Assembly: GCA_963662655.2 (NCBI GenBank)
Contig: CAXXTU010000002.1
Coordinates: 2,112,001-2,176,000, forward strand
Direction: 5' to 3'
DNA from: Candidatus Cloacimonadales bacterium
Lineage (GTDB): Bacteria > Cloacimonadota > Cloacimonadia > Cloacimonadales > JAIOQZ01
Length of the DNA: 64,000 nt
Position numbers and translations under genes: made by a program. The stretch's first letter is position 1; every line of letters starts with the position of its first letter. Below are positions 57,714-64,000 of the stretch, piece by piece. The notes under the pieces were generated by a model. The model was given only the letters and a program-made list of their open reading frames with translations. It was not told the origin of the DNA and made no database searches.

Positions 57714-59426
57714 TTAGTCATCGGAGAAGGTCAGCTTGATCACCTCACGAATCGAAGTCAAGCCACGTTTCATTTTTGAAAGAGCGCTTCCATGGAGCGA
57801 CTGCATTCCGTTCGCCAGAGCCTGATTTCTGATAAGATCCTGATTGGATCCTTCGAAAATGAGCTGACGAATGTTCGGCTTCACTTCAAGCAGTTCAAAG
57901 ATACCGGTACGGCCTGCGTAACCTGTGTTATCGCAATGAACGCAGCCTGAACCGTGTTTGAACTGGATATTCGCAGCATCTTCTTTCGAGATACCTGCTT
58001 CGATAAGCTCGTCTTCCGTAGGGGTGTAGTCCGTCTTGCAGTTCGGGCATATCTTGCGCACGAGACGCTGGGCCATAACGAGGTTCAGCGACGAACCCAC
58101 GAGATACCCCGGCACACCGATATCGATGAGACGAGTGATGGTTGATGGCGCATCGTTCGCATGGAGGGTCGTGAACACGAGGTGACCGGTAAGCGAGAAC
58201 TTGATCGCGATATCCGCTGTCTCCTCGTCACGAATCTCACCAATGAGAACGATGTCCGGGTCCTGGCGCAGAACCGAGCGAAGCGCTGAAGCGAAGGTCA
58301 GGCCGATCTTCTCGTTCGCTTCGATCTGTGTGATACCGTCGAGGCGGTACTCAACAGGATCTTCAACGGTAACGATGTTGTTTTCGATGTCCTGGATTTC
58401 CTTCAATGCAGCATGCAGCGTTGTCGATTTACCGCTACCGGTAGGACCGGATACGATGATGATACCGTACGGGCGATGAATCCATTTTCTGAATACCTGA
58501 AAGTGTTCTTCCTCGAAACCGAGCGTGGTCAGCTTGAAGCCGAACTCGCCCTTGTCCAGAAGACGCATAACAACTTTTTCGCCTGTGACGGTTGGAGTGA
58601 TCGAAACACGAACATCAACGCTCTTGATGGAGGTTTTCAGAGAAATATGACCATCCTGAGGAAGGCGTCTTTCCGCGATGTCCAGCTTCGACATAACCTT
58701 GGTCAGCGAAATGAGCCCCGGGTGCATACCGATCGGAGGATTCATCACCTCGCGAAGCGCGCCGTCGATACGGAAGCGCACACGTGTATGCTTTGTGAGA
58801 GGCTCGATGTGAATATCGGTCGTGTCGGACTTGATCGCTTCCTGAATGATGAGATTCAGGAGCTTTACAACCGGAGCATCCTTGGCGCCTTCGTCGTTCT
58901 CGATGTTGATTTCATTCTCGTCATCATCGACGGCGGTGAAATCGAACGAGCCGACAGCATCTTCGACTTGCGATGTTGTTCGAATACTCTTGTAATAGCG
59001 TTCCAAAGTATCCGCCAACAGCGTGTCGGTGATCAGGATTGGCTTGATTGCTTTATGTAAGAGCTTTTTCAGACCGTCAATGATAATGATGTCTTCCGGG
59101 TCGGTCATCGCGACGACGACCCCGTCCGCATCATCACGTACTGCGAGTACGCGGTTTTCCATCGCGAATGGTTCGGGAATCATCTTTACCACTGCCTGGT
59201 CAAGCCCAAGAAGCTCCTGCTCGTTCGCAATTGGAATTTCCAGCTGCTTGTTCAGAGCGACAAGGAGGTCTTGCTCACCCAGGTGGCCAAGTTTGATAAG
59301 CGTTTCGCCAAGCTTCAAATTGAAATTGTTCTGCTTGATAAGCGCTTCTTTTACCTGATCCTCGGTTACGAATCCTTCCTTGACCAGAATGGCTCCAATT
59401 CGTTCGAATTGAGGATTATACGACAT
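57714..59426 (-). CDS. pilB: Type IV pilus assembly ATPase with MshEN domain
   Basis: DIHIEP; AERRLPQDG; GPTGSGKST; EDPVEY; LRQDPD; GEIRD; CPNC/CVHC. Confidence 0.93.
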   Translation of the reverse strand: MSYNPQFERIGAILVKEGFVTEDQVKEALIKQNNFNLKLGETLIKLGHLGEQDLLVALNKQLEIPIANEQELLGLDQAVVKMIPEPFAMENRVLAVRDDADGVVVAMTDPEDIIIIDGLKKLLHKAIKPILITDTLLADTLERYYKSIRTTSQVEDAVGSFDFTAVDDDENEINIENDEGAKDAPVVKLLNLIIQEAIKSDTTDIHIEPLTKHTRVRFRIDGALREVMNPPIGMHPGLISLTKVMSKLDIAERRLPQDGHISLKTSIKSVDVRVSITPTVTGEKVVMRLLDKGEFGFKLTTLGFEEEHFQVFRKWIHRPYGIIIVSGPTGSGKSTTLHAALKEIQDIENNIVTVEDPVEYRLDGITQIEANEKIGLTFASALRSVLRQDPDIVLIGEIRDEETADIAIKFSLTGHLVFTTLHANDAPSTITRLIDIGVPGYLVGSSLNLVMAQRLVRKICPNCKTDYTPTEDELIEAGISKEDAANIQFKHGSGCVHCDNTGYAGRTGIFELLEVKPNIRQLIFEGSNQDLIRNQALANGMQSLHGSALSKMKRGLTSIREVIKLTFSDD

Positions 59427-59496
59427 TTAATCTCCTTATAACTGAGTAAGAATAAGCGGAAGGGAGGCAAGCTCCCCTCCGTATGATTGAGCGGAA

Positions 59497-62169
59497 CTAG
59501 TTATAGTTCAGCAGAGTAATCGTTGTCTGGTCTGTCACTTCCGTGCCCACGATGGTACCTGTGATATCGACAGGAACCTCGTTTGGCGGAGGAATAACAG
59601 CGGGACATTCAAGCTGGCTGAAGCGAATCTTGGCATAAGCGATACCGTCGACAGTCTGTACAACCCAAGGTTCTTCGCCCTCTACGTTGTACGGATCATC
59701 CGCTTCAACGAATTCGCCACGTACCGAGTAAAGCGTAACTTTCGCTCCGCTAATCGGGTTACCCTGATCGTCGGTAACGGAGATCAGAACATTACCCGTC
59801 AAATACTGCGGATTGTTTGTCGGTGTCCAGTCAAGATGACCGGGAACCGGCAGCATTTCAAGTTGCGGGCCGTTGAGCGGAAGATCCACGTAATCGACGT
59901 CAACGAGGTTTCCACAGTTGATTTGAATCGGCAGGACATCGAATGTATGACTACCGTCGTAGGTCAGCGTAGAAAACGCAACGCCCTGAAGGGAGTCGCC
60001 TTCTTCGTTCGGGTTTCCAACATACGCTTCAGCAACGACAGTTGCCCAGTCGATGGTGTTGTCAGGGATCGAGAACCATACGGCCGTACCGTAGTCCACT
60101 GGGTTGCCCCATTCGTCGGTAATAATTGCGTTGATACCGACAGTCCATGTACCTGCGCCGGTGTTTTCTCCGGTATTGTATTCACCGATACCGACCGATG
60201 CATGATAGGGAGGTCCGGCATGGATAACGATATTGGAACGTGTTACGCTCACTTCCTGTCCACTTTCGTTGGTTGTGTAGGCCTTGACCGTCACAACGCC
60301 TGCCGCGCTACCGCTATTGATGGAAACGATTGCCGAGCCATTGACCGAGGTCACCGTTACAACCTCTCCAACTGCCCAGGCTTCTTCGTTGATGTTACAG
60401 CCAAGCGGCGGGGTATAGACGAATGTAAAGGATATGTCTTTGCTATCGAGAACCGGATTGCCGCTCATGTCCCAAAGGTTGACAATGAGCTCACGAGAAA
60501 CGACACCGCCTGTATTGATGATATCGATATCTACCTGGCCGTCGAAAGCGTATGTGAGTGAATGAACATCATCGGAGATAACGTTCACAACGCATGATCC
60601 GTTCGCGGAGTCAGCGACAGCCTTGATTTCAGCAAGGCCAGCGCTCAGACCCGACGAGAAGGACGCCTGTGCAATGCCTTCATCATTGGTGAAGTTCGGA
60701 GACGTGATCGATCCGATTGTGGTTTCGAACGTAACGGCTCTGCCTTCGGTAACGGCGTTGCCGTAACGGTCTTTCACCGCTGCGCGAACCCAGATTTCTT
60801 CACTGCTGTTCACCTGGATCGTATCTTGTTCCGTGGTCATCACCATGTAGCTGGGATTTCCCGGGAAGATCGGGAACGTGTAGATATCGCCAACTTCGCC
60901 GATGAAAGCGGTCAGGTTGTTCTCACCACTCTGATCGCCGGCGTTGAAGTAAGCGACGGCTGCGCCGTTAGACGTTGCCACCATAACTTGTGTTCCGTCT
61001 TCTGTTGCAGTGTCAGTTCCGCTCTGGAAGAAACCCTTTTCGGTTTCGAAGGTAATGATGGTACCGTCTTCAACTCTGTTGTTGTTTTCGTCCAACGCAA
61101 TTGCGCGGATTGTACGAACCTGGTCGATATTCATGTCGGTGAAAGACATGTCGAAGGTAACGGACTGTACAACCGGAACTGGATCAACCTGGACTGTAAC
61201 CTGAGCTGTCGTTGTTCCGACTTTCGCTTCGATGATTGCTGTACCAACTTCTTCGTTATCCCAGAAGAGAACGCTGGCTACACCTGAGCTATCGGTGCTT
61301 GCGCTGTACTCGAGGTTACCGATCGAGTTACCCTGGTTATCCGGAACAACGCGGAAACGCACTGTTTCACCCGGAACCGCGTAGTTTTCGTCATCTCTGA
61401 TAACCGCACGGACGGTCGAGTATGTCAGATTGTTGTCTGCATAGATGACTTCCGGTGTCGCGGTGAGAGATACGATACGGTAGCTCGGTGGAGCCTCAAT
61501 CGGCACAACGAGGGTTTTGGTCATTCCACCGATCGAGGCGGTGATGGTTGCATCGCCGAGGTCGCCGGCATCGTCGAATGTTGCAATCGCAACGCCATTG
61601 GCATTGCTTGTTGCTGACGAGGTGATCTCACCGAGATCGGTATTGAATGTAACGATTTCATCCGTAAGCAGGTTACCCTTGCTATCGCGAACCGTTGCCT
61701 TGATTTCGGTCGTGGTTCCGGTATCGTTATCGGAGTAGATCGATTCCTGGGTAGATACCAGTTTTGAGATGTAAACTGTTGGAGCTTCGTCGATGTACAG
61801 TGTGATTGTTTTCACAGAGTTTGCGATCTTTGCGGCGATGACGACAGGGCCGAGCATTCCAAGGTCGTGGAATTCGGATATCGCGGTACCGGAAGCATCC
61901 GTTGCAACTTCTTTTGTGATCTGGCCGATGTTACTTGTGAAGGTAACGACCTGGTCAGTGACGGGGACATTGTCTTTGTCTTTTACTGCAGCTGTAATCG
62001 TAGCATAAGTTTCCGTGTTGCCATCGGCGTAGATCGTGTCGATGTCGGTTCCAAGGTATGTCAGATAATAATCAGGAACTTTAACACTTCTGCTATCGCA
62101 GCCGGTGAAGAACAAGGCCACTCCTGCTACAGCCATCAGTAGAATAAACAGCAAGGATCTTTTCATCAT
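59497..62169 (-). CDS. Invasin/intimin-like Big_1 Ig-repeat lipoprotein
   Basis: Lipobox FTGC; repeated IYAD..T.ATI.A.V.D..N..V....VTF.T..G.I.....T...G.A modules. Confidence 0.85.
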   Translation of the reverse strand: MMKRSLLFILLMAVAGVALFFTGCDSRSVKVPDYYLTYLGTDIDTIYADGNTETYATITAAVKDKDNVPVTDQVVTFTSNIGQITKEVATDASGTAISEFHDLGMLGPVVIAAKIANSVKTITLYIDEAPTVYISKLVSTQESIYSDNDTGTTTEIKATVRDSKGNLLTDEIVTFNTDLGEITSSATSNANGVAIATFDDAGDLGDATITASIGGMTKTLVVPIEAPPSYRIVSLTATPEVIYADNNLTYSTVRAVIRDDENYAVPGETVRFRVVPDNQGNSIGNLEYSASTDSSGVASVLFWDNEEVGTAIIEAKVGTTTAQVTVQVDPVPVVQSVTFDMSFTDMNIDQVRTIRAIALDENNNRVEDGTIITFETEKGFFQSGTDTATEDGTQVMVATSNGAAVAYFNAGDQSGENNLTAFIGEVGDIYTFPIFPGNPSYMVMTTEQDTIQVNSSEEIWVRAAVKDRYGNAVTEGRAVTFETTIGSITSPNFTNDEGIAQASFSSGLSAGLAEIKAVADSANGSCVVNVISDDVHSLTYAFDGQVDIDIINTGGVVSRELIVNLWDMSGNPVLDSKDISFTFVYTPPLGCNINEEAWAVGEVVTVTSVNGSAIVSINSGSAAGVVTVKAYTTNESGQEVSVTRSNIVIHAGPPYHASVGIGEYNTGENTGAGTWTVGINAIITDEWGNPVDYGTAVWFSIPDNTIDWATVVAEAYVGNPNEEGDSLQGVAFSTLTYDGSHTFDVLPIQINCGNLVDVDYVDLPLNGPQLEMLPVPGHLDWTPTNNPQYLTGNVLISVTDDQGNPISGAKVTLYSVRGEFVEADDPYNVEGEEPWVVQTVDGIAYAKIRFSQLECPAVIPPPNEVPVDITGTIVGTEVTDQTTITLLNYN

Positions 62170-62174
62170 TCCCC

Positions 62175-63575
62175 CTACTCTTCTTCTGAATCAGTTTTGG
62201 TTTTAATCAGCCTCTGCGTGAGTCTTTCGTCAACTTCATAGTCATCTTGTTCGTTCTGAAGATTAACAATGCGAGGCGTAATTTCGATGATGAGGTCAGT
62301 GGTTTTCAATTCCTGAACTTTGTGCTGGAACAGTTTTCCTATGAACGGAATGTCGCCAAGGAAAGGAAGCTTGTTGACTGTTGTGGAGAGAGTAGATGAG
62401 AGGAGACCGCCAACGATGATTTTGCTTCCATCCGGAACGGTAACGGTAGAGTTTACCTGACGGGTTTTCTTGCGAGGAAGACGACCGTCTACGAGTTCGA
62501 TAATCGAGCTAACTTCAGGAGATATTGTCGTTGTGATCAGGCCGTCGCGGTTTACCTTAGGCAAGACCTCGAGCTTGATACCTACGCCTTCTTCTTCTGT
62601 CTGATATTCGCCTTCACGGTCAACCGAGACATACTTGAGGACTTCACCGATGAGGATGTCGGCCTTTTCGCCGTTGAGGGCGGTGACGCGCGTATCGGTG
62701 AGAAGCTTTGCCGCGTTGTTTTCAAGAAGGAAGTCGAGTGTGATATCGAAAGCTGTCAATTGACGGCTGAAGTGGAAATGGTCGTCCCAGTCGTCCATCT
62801 TCATGAAGTATTGCTGGTCAGGAAGAACTTCGAAGTCTGTCGCATCGCCATAAATGCTGGCGCCCGTCTCGTCACTGAAGTTGTACGGAAGGCCAACGCC
62901 ACTCGAGTTGACAGGGTTCTCAGCCATGATCAGTGTGAAATGGTTGAGGTTCGACCAATCGATACCATACTGTTTTGTATCGGTGAGAGAGACTTCAATG
63001 ATACGAGCACGGATTTCGATCTGCTTTTGTGGAACGTCCAGTTCAGCGATACGATTTGCAATTTCCGCGTAGGTTTCCGGGTTCGCACGAACCAGAAGCG
63101 CGTTCTGGCCTTCAACACCGGTAACTTCGCCCGGCATTACTTCCAGAGCCTTCGTCAGTTTGTCCACATCGATGTAATTTACGGGAATTACATAACTTCT
63201 TTCACCAACCTCCTCCTCGATCTGGTTTTTTTCGCCAACGAGGAAAGTGTTTTCTCCGATCAAGCGGTAGGAAAGTCCAACCGTTTTGACAACCAGCGCC
63301 AGAGCCTGCTCGATCGGCACATCGTTCAGGTGGATTGTGATCCTTCTATCTTCCTGATCATCTTTGCCGCCGAGAGCATCGAGCGAAAGGACGATGTTGC
63401 AGTCGCTCAAGCGTGCCATGGTTGAAAGCGTATGAGCGATCGAACCATCTTCCACGTTGAGAGAGATTTTTCTGTTCAGCAGGTCATCTTGCGTGATCGC
63501 AAAAGAGCTGACGATGCCAAACACCATCATTGCGACAAGCAAAACCCATTTTGCAGAATACTTTGACCTTTGCAT
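62175..63575 (-). CDS. pilQ: Secretin (PilQ/GspD family)
   Basis: Signal peptide; N domains; LDVPQKQIEIRARIIEV; GIKLEVLP; IVGGL; KLPFLGDIPFIGKLF; ITPRIV. Confidence 0.9.
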   Translation of the reverse strand: MQRSKYSAKWVLLVAMMVFGIVSSFAITQDDLLNRKISLNVEDGSIAHTLSTMARLSDCNIVLSLDALGGKDDQEDRRITIHLNDVPIEQALALVVKTVGLSYRLIGENTFLVGEKNQIEEEVGERSYVIPVNYIDVDKLTKALEVMPGEVTGVEGQNALLVRANPETYAEIANRIAELDVPQKQIEIRARIIEVSLTDTKQYGIDWSNLNHFTLIMAENPVNSSGVGLPYNFSDETGASIYGDATDFEVLPDQQYFMKMDDWDDHFHFSRQLTAFDITLDFLLENNAAKLLTDTRVTALNGEKADILIGEVLKYVSVDREGEYQTEEEGVGIKLEVLPKVNRDGLITTTISPEVSSIIELVDGRLPRKKTRQVNSTVTVPDGSKIIVGGLLSSTLSTTVNKLPFLGDIPFIGKLFQHKVQELKTTDLIIEITPRIVNLQNEQDDYEVDERLTQRLIKTKTDSEEE

Positions 63576-63608
63576 AGATACTCCTTTAATTCTATATTTC
63601 TTCATTTT

Positions 63609-64000
63609 TTACCATTCCTGTTCAGTTGAAATAACATCTTTCTGTAAAGCTTTTGGTTTCTCAGGCATAGGAGCCAGTTCCAGCGAACCTTGCTTGCCGC
63701 CACGTTCGTAAAGGATTTTACCTTTGAGAATATCGACAATCTTGCGTCCTTCAAACATATCGCCTACGTGATAATCGTTACGAACGCCTTGATACTCGAT
63801 CGTTGCAATCTTCTCACCGCTGACAAGGTATGTGCCGGTGAGACGGATTGTCCCTTCCACTTCTTTCTTCCACTGCTTCTCGATATCGACAATTGTTTTC
63901 ACAATCAGATTCTGCTCCAGCGGATCCTTCACAACGGTGAAAACAAAATCTTTACGATCCTGAATGGATTGCTCGATGTCTTGAATTTCCTTTTTCAATT
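63609..64000 (-). CDS. PilP-like protein, partial (start beyond the right edge)
   Basis: KDP..., IRLTGT..GEKIATIE....Y.VGD, directly upstream of the secretin. Confidence 0.55.
   Translation of the reverse strand, partial: LKKEIQDIEQSIQDRKDFVFTVVKDPLEQNLIVKTIVDIEKQWKKEVEGTIRLTGTYLVSGEKIATIEYQGVRNDYHVGDMFEGRKIVDILKGKILYERGGKQGSLELAPMPEKPKALQKDVISTEQEW

Noticed and set aside
1..64000. CRISPR array, rRNA, prophage, retron or DGR
   Set aside because: No regularly spaced repeats, cas, RT, phage or rRNA signatures were seen.

Overview
64 kb bacterial chromosomal window, most likely Candidatus Cloacimonadota. This is inferred from the repeated 'NYPNPFNP..T...KM.LLK' C-terminal domains, gingipain/C25-type proteins, TPR kinases and a TrmB regulator. 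Housekeeping and catabolic genes are hutH, glnA, a mutA-scpA-meaB methylmalonyl-CoA mutase operon, a methionine gamma-lyase-like gene, purH and tRNA-Ser(GGA). The window also holds many large secreted proteins, several two-component genes, an intact-looking ISL3, and a pilP-pilQ-(Ig lipoprotein)-pilB-pilC locus. The most unusual signals are non-coding. (1) Two dispersed intergenic elements (15003-15114 and 47049-47230) each fold into a perfect four-way junction; they share the GC-rich closing stem, one short arm and CC|TGAG flanks, while the other two arms differ completely in sequence yet still pair. (2) An AT-rich Zn-ribbon/TIR putative defence gene sits inside an inverted pair of TGTCACCCTGAGC REP-like palindromes, like a cassette. 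(3) Candidate structured leaders precede glnA and mutA. All calls come from reading the sequence and motifs only; no database searches were run.
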